From NCBI RefSeq assembly GCF_006345805.1, contig NC_042998.1, forward strand, positions 162,626,001 to 162,690,000: DNA of 64,000 nt. The letters are read 5' to 3'. Below the pieces are notes generated by a model that saw only the letters and a list, made by a program, of their open reading frames with translations, made no database searches and had not been told where the DNA came from. This stretch comes from Octopus sinensis (taxonomy: Eukaryota). This document shows positions 26,460 to 39,144 of this stretch, in pieces. Position numbers and translations under genes: made by a program. How positions within the stretch are numbered: position 1 is the stretch's first letter; each line of letters opens with the position of its first letter.

Positions 26460-29114
26460 AATATACTTGCTCAAGGTGCCGTTCAGTAGGACTGAACCCG
26501 AAGCTACGGCGTTGTTATGCAAAACAGCCATGCCAAACATTTACGTATTTAACGTAACAAATGAATAACAAAAGTAGCGTCGACCTAACTGTGGATTAAA
26601 TTTTGAAACATAAAGCCAACGTATCATAAAATTAATATAACCTCATTTTATTGCAGGTTTATCAAGAATTCTACAGGTGACAAGCGCCAATTTATTTCCT
26701 ATAGCAACTGATTATTCTGCGCTTATCAAAGAGATAAAAATAACTTATGTGTTTATTACGTAAGAGACGTGGCTTTCTAGCAATCATCCCAAGTAAGTAA
26801 AGTTCACCATTCTGATCTATTGCCTTACCCATAATGTCATTCCTACATCTTACCTTTGTATTTATTTTATCCTCAGTTCACCTACCCCTTCCTGCTCCAT
26901 TTATTCATTATCTATAGGTTTCTCTACTTACCATTCCATGCAACACAAATAGAAGAAAGAAACCTCATTCCTAATATGTCATTTCTTTCTTTTACCTTTT
27001 GCCAGGAATGAAGTGACTTATCTGAAGAAATGATAAATTTGCATATACATACGTACACATTTCTCCCTCCTCCTCTCTCTCTGTATTTATATATATATGT
27101 GCGTATACCTCTCTCTCTCTCTCATATATATATATACATACATCCTCGTGTTATATATATTATATAACACGAGGATGGAAGTCAAAAGGCACGACGTACG
27201 TTTCTGTATCCCACATCAGCTTTAAGTTGAAAGGTTTTTGCGAGAATTTTACCCAAAATAACTAAACGCGCGCGCGCACGCACACACATATTGGGAGAAA
27301 AAGAGATGTTAAAGGAGATTGGTAAACGTCTTTATTACGCGTACGATATTACATTTAAAAATACAAGCGATTATTTTCTTTCTTTTTCAAATTCAGTTTC
27401 ATGTATCTGAAAAAGAAGTAACATGTTTTAGTCAATTAAATTTGTTAACATTAAAATGTCCTCTTCTAGTCTCTTACAGAATAGTATTTTACCTGTCATC
27501 AAGGTGTTCAATAATGTAGATAAGAAGCTTTGTACATTTATGCAGATCGGTACAATTCTATTAGTTTATAGCTAAATACCTTCTTCAGAAAGTTTTAGAA
27601 TTTGGTAAAAGTTTTATTTTGTTTAGTGATTCAGATGTTGATATCCTTTGTCATTTTATGATAACCCTCTTTCGTTGAAACGTAGCCCTTTTGGTATTCT
27701 GTGATGTTGCCAAGGGTTCGTTCGGTGGAAATGAGATTTGTGAATGTGACTTACTTTGAAAGAGATTCCACTTCGCAGACTTTGGACTTTTCTGTGATGG
27801 TACCCAATCCATCTTGCAAAGTATGAATGTCCATACGATGTATCGCTAGATTTAGTCACCGATATATACAAATAATTAAAAATAACTGTATATTGATGTA
27901 TTCCAACTGTCTTCCAATAATCCTAAGAAAACGTTGCTAATGATATCAAAAGATTCATACCCAGCTTAATCTATGACAAGAATCCTTTAACTTCTACAAA
28001 GTTGTATTAAAGACTGACTACAAAGACAAAATAATTATATAAAGGTAAGTACTATTCTTACATACAAAATGGAAACAAAATACTATACGTAAAGCTCCCT
28101 CTTGTAGTCTTAATATCCAATATAATTGTGCCAAGATTCATCTAAATCTTATTAGGTATTTCTCCACTGACCATATTCATCACAAGATGTTTAGCAAAGA
28201 ATAACGTTAAAGTTGCCTTCGCTGCTACCATAGTTAGCCTAAAAAAATCTTTTGAGCACAAGCATATGTGAAACCTGTTTCTTGTAGTCAATTGCAACAA
28301 CTCTAATATCGTTCTTCTCTATCTATGGTAGTAATCATTCTATAGCATGAAGTTTATCAAATCTAACGTCTCTAATGCAAATAAATAACAGCGAAACAAA
28401 ACGCTATGTAGAGATTATTGAAAATTCTTCTTAAACAATCTTGGAAAATATGCATTCAAAATCTCAGACAGGTTTATAACGACTTCACTATCAAAATATA
28501 TCAGGAGTTTAAGGGAACATATTAACATTTATAAGAATATTGGTCCATTATAAAACCAGCGACCTTTGCTTTAATGTATTCAGATGATGCGATCTTTATT
28601 TCTCGAAGAAAAGTAAGACTTTGTGAAAGCTTTTGGATTATACAACAAAAGATCAGAGTTGGTGAAATCTGGCAGATATTTCCATTGATATTTATTAAAG
28701 AATTTTCAACGACCAACTGGTTAAATTTTTATGTTTCTAATACAATGAATTTGCAATGCTGTGAAAAGAGACATTAAAAAAATAAACATTCATTTTCCCG
28801 TTATTGATAATAATTTATCAACAAGTGCTGGTCCCCTTACTTATGTTTTTTTTTTGTTTTTTTTTTATTACAAATAATATTGGAGATACATGCTTTTGCA
28901 CGTGAAAAGCAGACAATAAAACACCTTTTCCGCGTGGCAATGAATAGAAGTATGTGTGATTCATTTTCTGACGTTTTCCTTCGGCATCCACTCAAATTCC
29001 GATCGAGCGTAAACAAAATGTATTTCAAATATCAATGTTTGTATGGCGTCATGCAGCCCTCTACTTCAAACTATTGAGCAATCGGAAAGGCGGAAGTTAG
29101 GGATATGATTCAAG

Positions 29115-29132
29115 AAGCCTTAACTTCTTATA

Positions 29133-29218
<86 letters not shown>

Positions 29219-29220
29219 AC
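29115..29220. repeat. (CA)n microsatellite
   Basis: Direct inspection; similar tracts at ~8836-8910, 21268-21315, 45760-45860 and 61005-61052. Confidence 0.95.
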
Positions 29221-29271
29221 AGAGCTAGTTATAAAATCTCAAGAGACAGAGTAGTAACGTATACTAAACAA

Positions 29272-29900
29272 TGAAGTGAGTAGCCACATCAAAGTGACAG
29301 TTGAATGTTATAACTAGTTTTAAATTTCCGGCGGACTCTCCGCCAGCTGGTTTTCGGTGCAAGCTCTGCACCCTTCATATACCATACATCGCTTCTGCTG
29401 GGGGGCAGTAGAGGTTCGCTCTCCCCGCTAGCGATGTATTGTATGTAAAGGGTGCAGAGCTTGCATCGAAAACCAGCTGGCGGAGAATCCGCCTGGGGTT
29501 AAATTAATAGTAACCGTCAACAACCACTTTGATGTGGCTAACTGCTTTACTGTTACTATTCTATCTTTTCTTGAGATTTCATAGGTAGCTGTTTTGCTTG
29601 TTGCAAATCAGTGACCGATGGTCACTTTGTTTACAATATATCGCTGGCAGAAGCGGATCTTAGCTATCACTCAACTGCACAGGTGCGCGCGGCCGAGGAT
29701 GAGCCAAATAGTTTGAAAATGGGCCAGTCCCGCGTTCCTGTTCGCTGCTGGAGTGTAGTAGGGTTTCGCTTCCCCTGCAAGCGATGTATTTGTGTATAAA
29801 CAGTGCAGAGCTTGCACTGAAAATCAGCTGGTGGAGAATCCGCCTGGGGTTAAACAAGTAGTAACATTCAACTGTCACTTTGATGTGGCTACTCGCTTTA
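29272..29900. mobile_element. MITE-like element with long TIRs and an internal duplicated right arm
   Basis: The left arm 29278-29395 is inverted against both 29430-29555 and 29780-29900. The inner 64-bp arms (29330-29493) form a tight hairpin. Confidence 0.7.
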
Positions 29901-29921
29901 CGTATATATATTTACTACTCG

Positions 29922-29971
<50 letters not shown>

Positions 29972-29977
<6 letters not shown>

Positions 29978-30367
29978 AAGTTAATCCAAACATGAAAACA
30001 CAAAGAGAAAGCACAACAACGCGAGGACGTGGAACAAGTATAGTATTATTAGATGCTAATGAAAGAAGGAGGGTTTAACATTTCGAGCGGAGCTCTTCGT
30101 CAGAAACATAGGAAAAGGAAAGATCCAAAGACGGGAAGACGGAGGAAAAAAATCGCCAACGGTACACACGCGGTCACGTTGGCGATTTTTTTCCTCCGTC
30201 TTCCCTTCTTTGGACCTTCCTTTTCCTATGTTTCTGACGAAAAGCTCCGCTCGAAACGTTAAACCCTCCTTCTTTCCTTCTTTCCTGAGCGTCCAATAAT
30301 ACTATACTTGTTCCACGTCCTCGCGTTGTTGTGTTTTCTCTTTGTGTTTTCATGTTTGGATTAACTT

Positions 30368-30372
<5 letters not shown>
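29972..30372. mobile_element. ~400-bp fold-back of Penelope-type pseudo-LTRs (family 4) inside (TA)n
   Basis: Two ~190-bp inverted arms meet at ccaacg-gtacacacgcggtca-cgttgg. Hammerhead motifs lie at 30073-30107 (-) and 30230-30264 (+). Confidence 0.85.
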
Positions 30373-30416
<44 letters not shown>

Positions 30417-30424
<8 letters not shown>

Positions 30425-30672
30425 GTTGTATACTGTCAATTTAACGTGACAGTAGGGGATTACACCACCGCGGTATAGCCCTATGAATCATCGACGCTTC
30501 CTGATGGCTTCGACACATTTTTTTTCCCTGTGTCCTTATATATCTTAAATATATAAGGACACAGGAAAAAATGTGTCGAAGCCATCAGGAAGCGTCGATG
30601 CTTCCTAGGGCTAAACCTCGGTGGTGTAATCCCCTACTGTCACGTTAAATTGACAGTATACAACCATTCTAT
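30417..30672. repeat. 256-bp near-perfect palindrome
   Basis: ~125-bp arms atagaatggttg...ccttatatat / atatataagg...caaccattctat with a 5-nt loop (cttaa). Confidence 0.9.
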
Positions 30673-30791
30673 CGCCCCACCACCGTACATATCTCTATGA
30701 GATATTTAGAAATTTAATATTTCTGACATATATATATATCGTTTTTAGATTTGGTTTGCAAGATTGTTTATGTCAGCTCGTGCGTTGAATC

Positions 30792-30987
30792 ATATTTTGT
30801 TGTATCTGAGGAGAGTCATTCACTTTTAGTGCCTTATTATTTAACACACTCATCTGTAAAATTTTCACTCATTTACTTATTTATTTTTCTAGAAAAACAA
30901 GGTAAATGAGTGGAAACTTTACTGGTGTGTGTGTGTTAAATAATAAGGCACTAAAAGTGACTGACTCTCCTCAGATACAACACATAT
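30792..30987. repeat. Shorter fold-back of family 3 (lacks the ribozyme segment)
   Basis: tgttgtatctgaggagagtca... / ...tgactctcctcagatacaaca, centred on tttttctagaaaaa; homologous to 12858-13180. Confidence 0.8.
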
Positions 30988-31470
30988 AAGAGGGATGACT
31001 ACTAAGTGGACATCCATTCAGCTAGGAGTTGACTCCCTATGGTCTTACCACTAAGAAAGGAATGTCCTCAGGAAAATTTAGCAAACGCCAGAACATAAGC
31101 GAGCAAGACAAATGAAAAGATACAAAATATATATTATTTCTGGTATTTTTGCGGCCAAAACGAAGTCTTTTGAAATATAACCCCAAATGTAATTGGTAGA
31201 ATTATATACATGTTCAATCTCATGTGGATGCTTCGTGTATTATATTTTGCTATGACGATCACACTGACAAGTTGCGGACATCTACGTAAGTGATTACGAA
31301 ACCGGGTTTGTGATAAATCTGTATATTTTGTATCTTTTCATTTGTTTTGCTAGTTTACGTTCTGGCATTTGCTAAATTTTCTTGAGAACATTCCTTTCTT
31401 AGTGGTAAGACCATAGCAGATCTACTTCTGGCATAATGGATGTCCAATTAGTGGTCTACCCTCTTATATG
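30983..31470. repeat. Inverted repeat, ~150-bp arms with ~190-bp spacer
   Basis: catataagagggatgactac...tacaaaatata (30983-31131) versus tatattttgtatc...ctcttatatg (31322-31470). Confidence 0.8.
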
Positions 31471-31738
31471 TATGTAATAAAATTTTTCTGAATCTTCAGA
31501 TTTTTCTATATGCTAGACCACTGGTTTAAAATTGATATTAATCAAATTAATATTCAATTTTTCATCCGTATGAAATTGAGATAGGGGTTGTAAATTCAAC
31601 CCTCCATGGGATAACATATATCCAATATACTTCTAGTGAAGTACCCAACAAAGTTAATACATAAATGTTGAGAATTGCGATGCAATTAATTCATTTACTG
31701 TGTTATATGGGCAAAGGTAAAATGTTTTACCAAAATGT

Positions 31739-31803
<65 letters not shown>

Positions 31804-32254
31804 GAGACCGTCCAATGCATTATGTTCTTGGGCAAAACGTTGCTCTGCGATCATTTCGACATCCAATGTGTAGCACCACGAGTACCTGTACAGACAATTT
31901 CGATTTCATGGATCGAGTGGACAAATATACAGCACACAGTAGATCACTATAAATAAATCGTTTGCGCAAGATGTTCAGCACGATCATGCAGAACTCTCAC
32001 CTGTCGTCTACGACAGGTGTTGCAACGATATATTTCTGCCTGTTTTCTTTTTACTTACTTTTATCTCAACCTTGAACGTTTTAGCCCGTGTGTAGGAAAC
32101 CCAACCCTCAACGACATGTTAACTTACTGTTTACGTTTAGCAATATGTATAATTCTTACCGGTGTAGAGAACCACCGGTCTCTTTAGGTACTCTTTCTCA
32201 CAATAAAGTACGTGTGTGTATGCATGTATATATTCTTTTTACGTTTATTCAGTG

Positions 32255-32457
32255 ACTTGCTTCAGTAACTTTTAACGCGGCCATGCTGGAGCACCGCCTT
32301 AAAGGGTTTTTGTCGAAGCAATCGAGCCCAGAACTTATTTTTTGTAAGCCTAGTACCTATTCTATCGGTCTATTTTGCCGGACCGCTAAGTTATGGAGAC
32401 GCAAACACTCCAACATCGGTTGTCAAGCAGTGGTGGGGGTTAGGGACAGTCAGACAG

Positions 32458-32489
<32 letters not shown>

Positions 32490-32650
32490 TCGACAGGCTT
32501 TTTTTAGTTTCCGCCTACCAAACCCACTCACAAAGCTTTGGTCGACCCGTGGCTATAATAGAAGACACTTACCCAAAGTGCCATGCAGTGGGACTGAACC
32601 CGGAAAAAAGGTGCTTGAGAAGTACGCTTCTTACCACACAGGCACGCTTC
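32255..32650 (-). mobile_element. CORE-like composite SINE
   Basis: Reverse-complement family match. Confidence 0.8.
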
Positions 32651-33109
32651 CTCTATACATATATACATGTATACGTGTATACGTATGAATATATCTTCAC
32701 TTATTTGTCCGTTTCAGTCATTTCAATCCTTGATGTTCACAAGACATTAACCTAACCTTGCTATAGATTATGTCATATCGAAACCAGACAACCTTGATGC
32801 GAAATGAAATTTGATTTCCTTACTGTGGCAACTGACTGTACCTGAGTTGCTCTTTCCACGTAATTAATCATTTATAATCCATAGGTTAAAATGCTAAGAG
32901 CTAAAAACTTGCTACAGCCTAAATGTTGCACTTTTGTAGCCAATGCCTATATATTAATCATGGCTGTGTAATGTATTTCAGTGTAGTGTATGAACTCACT
33001 TGTCAGGGTATTTCAATACGTTACTATAAAGCATTTAGTCAGGCACCGAGGTAATATCATCAAACACCCTAATGATAATGACGATGGTGATAATAATAGT
33101 AACAACAGC

Positions 33110-33505
33110 AATTATTATTATTACTGAGTGAGAGAGCAGTTCATGCCATCAAAGTGATACTGAGGTAAAATATACGAAACCCAGTATACCCATCATAACT
33201 ACCCGTCTGATAAGGGTGCACCAGGCACATGCATCACAACCATATGTGCGTGACATAGTGATCTCATATCAAGATTAACAGCGCATGACCTTGCAGGTAG
33301 GGTCCAGTTAGAATTCTCTTCTGGTTGAGTAGCCCATCCCTCTCAAATAGGTTGTTTAAGGATGTTGAACGAAACACCCATGTTTCCAGAGGTGAATTAT
33401 TCAAACCCCAAAGAATTCCTCTCAACACATAACTACAGTGCGCTTCACTACTTCTGCTCGTGATCAGAGATGCACATATCATCAGTCACTAAGGGACATG
33501 CTCAA
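33110..33505 (-). mobile_element. SINE/LINE-tail-like interspersed repeat ending in (AAT)n
   Basis: Minus strand ttgagcatgtcccttagtg...ctctctcactcagtaataataat; 5'-truncated at its junction with the Tx1 fragment. Confidence 0.6.
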
Positions 33506-33544
33506 ACACGAGGGGAACTAAAGCCGTCTAATGAGCCCGATACC

Positions 33545-35420
33545 TCTGTTTTCATACCTTTCAACCTCGTCCACTAGACAAAGGAAAACAGCGTTACCTG
33601 CCCGATTTAAGAAGGGCGATGAGGTAATTATTAATATGAACTCGACCGTTAGATGGCTCCGTCCCACGCATGACAGTTACTGATTGACAGAACTCCACAA
33701 GTCGACAATGCCCAAATACTGAGCGAGTATGTGTATAACGGTTTCGTCGCTCTGCACACATCTCAGACCAGCTCGTTTGACAGCACATCCGTACCTGTAG
33801 AGTTTATCTCGGACTGCTAGCGTCCCTCGATAGCACTGCCAGGCCAAGAACTTCATGACATTATTCATGATAGTCCCCGACCGAAGAATCGTTCGGAACA
33901 AATTAGCTAGCTCGTTTCGTCGACGTCCTGAGTCTTCCCGAGAATGTCATCATACTTTTCCGTTACTAATTCTCTATAGATTGCTAAAGTGGATCATCCA
34001 CCGATCCCACTGCCCGACTGGTAAAGGTTGGTGAGAGCCTGATGGTATTCTAGGTGCCAGGCACCCAGTCACGATTTGTGCCTCACCCAGGACTGCAGCT
34101 CTGTCAAGGAGACGAGCTTCAGAAAGATGTTCCTCACGAACAGTGCCTTACGTACATTCACTGTCTAGGAATCTATACAGGTGGCATAACCATAGCTAGC
34201 CGTCTAGGTACGGACTAAAGACAACTATCGTCGTTGACTCATCTCTTCCAAACAGTCGTGCAAAGCGCTGCTGGAAAGCCGCCAACATCTGCTCGAAACC
34301 TGATTGACGTTTTATTGTCACATCATATCGAGCTCATTAAACGGCTTTAGTTCTCCTCGTGTTTGAGTGCACAGGCCTTATCTTTGACAACTCAACTTTC
34401 GTGTTTCCCCTCGAAGAATTCACCAAAGGTCAATCTCACCGTTAACACATCAGTCGAGATACCTTTACTAATCGCCTTTTCTCCGTTGCTAATAGTTCTC
34501 CTAATCTTTTTCTTTCTGTTGTCAGCTCTTTGCTTGACGCTATCGATTCTACTTTAATTGCCCACTTCAGGTCAATCCACCACTCGTTTAACTAGTTTAC
34601 TAATCCGGTCCCTGTAATCTTTGCATGCCTGTAAGAATGCATTCAACAACCAGTAACAGAGTTCCTAAATATGGCTCATATCTAAATCAACTGAACAGAT
34701 TACAAACTTCTGATCTGTATAGCTGACCTGTTTGAACAATCCAGATGACCTGCGGTACTTTCTCCATGTCTACAGTGGCACATCAGGGAATTTCAGGTGG
34801 TACCTAACTTTTGCACCCGTATCTTTTATGCACTAGCTCTACACAATTGTTCCGTGCATCCAAAATACAATTCCGATTCCCAACTAGCAATAGTGATCAG
34901 GATGTCCCCATCAATTTTTTTTAGACGCCTGAAGAAACCTGGCCTCCCAGCTTCTGTTGGAGTATAAGCAGCCTCTGGGCTAAAGGCGCGACCTTCTCTG
35001 CCGTTTACCAACTTGCTGTCCGTCATCTGAGATCTAAGGAGTTCCGGAATAGCACTGCTACCACATCACCCAATCCTGGTAGAGCACGAGCTGAGAATAT
35101 TTCATAGTCATTGAAAATGGGCGCTACTGTGTGCACTCCAGAAATCTTTGCGTCTCTAATAGCTACTACATCTATGTCAAGTGACTTGTGATCTTTGAAC
35201 GATTTTGTTTCCAAGCTCTCCTCAGACCACGCACATTCATACATCATCAATCTCAGCACAGCCATGTTTATCGGAGAAAGTAAAGGGAAGGTCATTCGCC
35301 TTGATCTTAAAGAAACCTGAATGTTCCGGATCTCTCTTGAGTGACTGTTTACTGAAAATAATTTATCTAAAAGTAATTTGTCGCTTTGTAAAGATATCTT
35401 TTTGAAAATCCCCACGGTAG
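33545..35420 (-). mobile_element. Tx1/L1-clade LINE, decayed: ORF1 C-terminus, ORF2 AP-endonuclease, linker and zinc-knuckle C-terminus; RT core apparently deleted
   Basis: Minus-strand peptides: MAVLRL...LDIDVVAI...VAVLFRNSLDL, AAYTPTEAGRPGFFRRL, linker YRDRISKLVK..WWIDLKWAIK, and C-terminal LAWQCYRGTLAVRDKLYRYG...RCVQSDETVIHIL (zf-RVT-like). No YADD-type RT motif is seen between them. Confidence 0.8.
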
Positions 35421-37039
35421 ACAGAAAATTTTCTCGAATTCTTTTGTAGATGTGTGACGACGTCTTTATCGAGGAACTGCCTTTCGGAGTTTGATTATGA
35501 AATACTTAAACCCTTCCCCACTCTCTGTATCAGTTTTATTATTTACATGATTTAAATATTCCATCGACTCTGTTGTTTTTATTCACAACAGTGAAGCTGA
35601 TGGAAATTGTTTTTGTACAGTTTGAGTTTTATTGTTTCCGCAGTTTTAGCCTTAGTTGTGTTTGTGTTTTCTTGTTGGTTTGAGGGCTTAACAACAACAA
35701 CAACAACGACAACAAAGGCACCATCAAACACAACCTACAAGGGTAACCACAACTGCTTAATCAGGGTTGATCTTGGGTTAAACAGCAACAGCAGCAGCAG
35801 CAACAACAACAACAACAACAACAGCAACAACATCAAATACAGCTCACGTTGTTGCCATCAGTGCTGACCTGGAGCTAAACAACGATATTGACAACAGCAA
35901 CAACCAATAGCTTCCACATTAAAACGTGGATGTGAGGAGATGTGGATAGAAAAGTCAAAACAGCAATGAAAATAATTTGCAAAAAGAGAAACTCAGAGAC
36001 AAAGAGGAGTGAGGAGGGGGAGACAAACATGGGGATGAAAGGAGGGAGTGGGGTTACTTCAACAAAACGTTGAAAATTTGATTTTGGTTTTAAAAAAATG
36101 TTTTGCCAATATATTAAAACCAATAAGCATGTCTAATAAATATGTAACAGTGGTAATGGAGAATGCTGGCGGGTGGGGAGTTATATAAAAGTGAGATGTT
36201 TTTGTTGTTGGTGGTGGTGTTGGGGTGGGAGTGATGTCGTATAGCTTGAGGTGTTGGGGTTGACGATAGTGGTGATGGTGATGATAGTGGCAGAATAATA
36301 ATGAATGTAGTTATGTCGTGGTGAGGATGGCGATGGAGGTATTGGTAGTGGTGATGGTAGCGATGAAGGAATCTTTTGTTGTCTGTTTTTACCGATATTG
36401 CTCAATGGATTTCTCTGCTGATGGCTTATTTGGTCTGGTCATTCATTGATCTACCATTATGTCTGCGAAATATAGACAGGAACAACACAGGGATGGGTGT
36501 CGAGTTGGCACAGAACAGGGCGAATGGGCTGCTCAGAGAGTGAGTTTGTACTTTTGATCTGTTGCATGCGTTTCATTCATCTCAACTGTTGCAGCTGTTT
36601 TTGTTGGTGTTTTTTTTTTAACCCATCACCACCTCCATCATTCCCATCACCATCAAGTCATTCCTAGTGGAGCAGGTCTAAAATCAACGGTTATTCAACC
36701 GTGACCACTTCATTTTTTTTTTCTTTCTGGCAACCTGCTAAAAATGGCACCCAGTCTTCATCAAAGCACACCTTACTATCTGAAAACAGGAAGAACAAAT
36801 TCCATAATGTAGTGCTGCATACAGTTGCGAGTAAACATAGAAAGACTTGACGGTCTCTGTTGGAATGTCTCTAATTATAAGTTTATTCATTCAGGGCTGC
36901 TAGCCTTGGACTTAGCACCTACATTGTCCAATTTATCTTTCTTTTGTTGGATAGTGGGATAGTGGCGGAAGATACTGTAGGATAGTGGTAGAAGTGGAGA
37001 TGATGATGATGACGATGATGTTGATGTTATTGCTGCTGT

Positions 37040-37220
37040 TTTTAGACGTCTGAAGAAACCGTCATTTGAGATCTAAGGAGTTCCGGAATAGCACTGCTAC
37101 CACATCACCCAATCCTGGCAGAGCACGAGTTGAGAATATCTCATAATCATTGAAAATGGGCGCTAGTGTGTGCACTCCAGAAATCTTTGTTTCTCTAAAA
37201 GCTACTACATCTATATCAAC
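37040..37220 (-). mobile_element. Second fragment of the same Tx1 endonuclease N-terminus
   Basis: Close match to 34920-35175 (DIDVVAFRETKISGVHTLAPIFNDYEIFSTRALPGLGDVVAVLFRNSLDLK). Confidence 0.8.
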
Positions 37221-37630
37221 AACCCCACACTTACACTGCATAACACCTTTCTTCTCTAATCTACACAAAACTCACAGTACACCACTTCACATCACACTGC
37301 ACTCCACAAACTACAATTCATTTCATGGCACCACACTATAGGATACTTTACTGCATTAAATTTACACTATTACCATATTACACCATAGTGGAAGATGCGT
37401 GACTTAGTGGTAATGATCGTAAAATTTCACTTTCGATTACTGGACCTGGCGATGCGTTGTGTTCTTGAGTAAGTACTTCATTTCCCATTGCTCGAGTTCA
37501 TACAGCTGACAAGAATGAGTAAACTTGCGATGGACTGGCATCCTATCCAGCAGGGTATGTGCAGTTATGGTGGTGGATTGGCAAAGCGTCTGGTTCTGAG
37601 TTCAAATCGCGATGAAGTTAACTTTGTCCT

Positions 37631-38163
<533 letters not shown>

Positions 38164-38884
38164 ATATATGCCGCAGAATTCGGAAAACCGGCTTTTCGAA
38201 CCGGCCTTATGTGAAGGACCATGGACCGGTTTTTGGTATCACACGCTACCTTACATTACATCACATCAGACCATCACATTAAACTACACTAGATTGTGTT
38301 ATATTAAGCAAAGGTAAAAATAACTATAATTACAGTTATATCAAATCTGACAAAATAAGAAAGCTAAGTGGACTAAAGGAAGGAGCCTATACATGGACCT
38401 TCAACCTGCTAGAAATCGCACCCAGTCTTCCTCAAAGTACACCCTACTGTCTAAAAACGTGAAGAACAAACTCCATTGTGTAGTTCTGCATAAAATTACG
38501 TGTAAACATCGAAAGACTAGATGGTCTCATTTGGAACGTCTCTAATTATAAGTTTACTCATTCAGGGTTGCCCTGGGACTAAACAACAACGACATTAGCA
38601 TATAGGAATAGCAGCTAAATCTTCATCAGATTATACGCTCCTGGCTTAAAAAGAAGTCCATATCGTATAATGTAGTCCTAGGTTATTTATGACTGCAAAA
38701 AAGGGATCGTGAACATTGAGTAGAGGCGGGAAAGAGAAAATACAATATAAATTATCAACAATCTCAATTAAGATTTTTTGCTGTTGTTTAATGCCGGATA
38801 GATATAATTGAACATACCACTGATCAATTCTCGTCAAGGCCATATCTTCTTTTTTACTGTCCAGTTATAGTATTGTGTCTAAAA

Positions 38885-39120
38885 CCTATTTCTTTACTAC
38901 CCACAAGGGGCTAAACACAGAGAGGACAAACAAGGACAGACAAACGGATTAAGTCGATTATATCGATCCCAGTGCGTAACTGGTACTTATTTAATCAACC
39001 CCGAAAGGATGAAAGGCAAAGTCGACCTCGGCGGAATTTGAACTCAGAACCTAACGGCAGACGAAATACTGCAAAGCATTTTGCCCGGCGTGCTAACGAT
39101 TCTGCCAGCTCGTCGCCTTG
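38885..39120 (-). mobile_element. Deu/Nin-like SINE copy
   Basis: Near-consensus reverse-complement copy. Confidence 0.85.
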
Positions 39121-39144
39121 TGTCTAAGTATTACGAATCTAATT

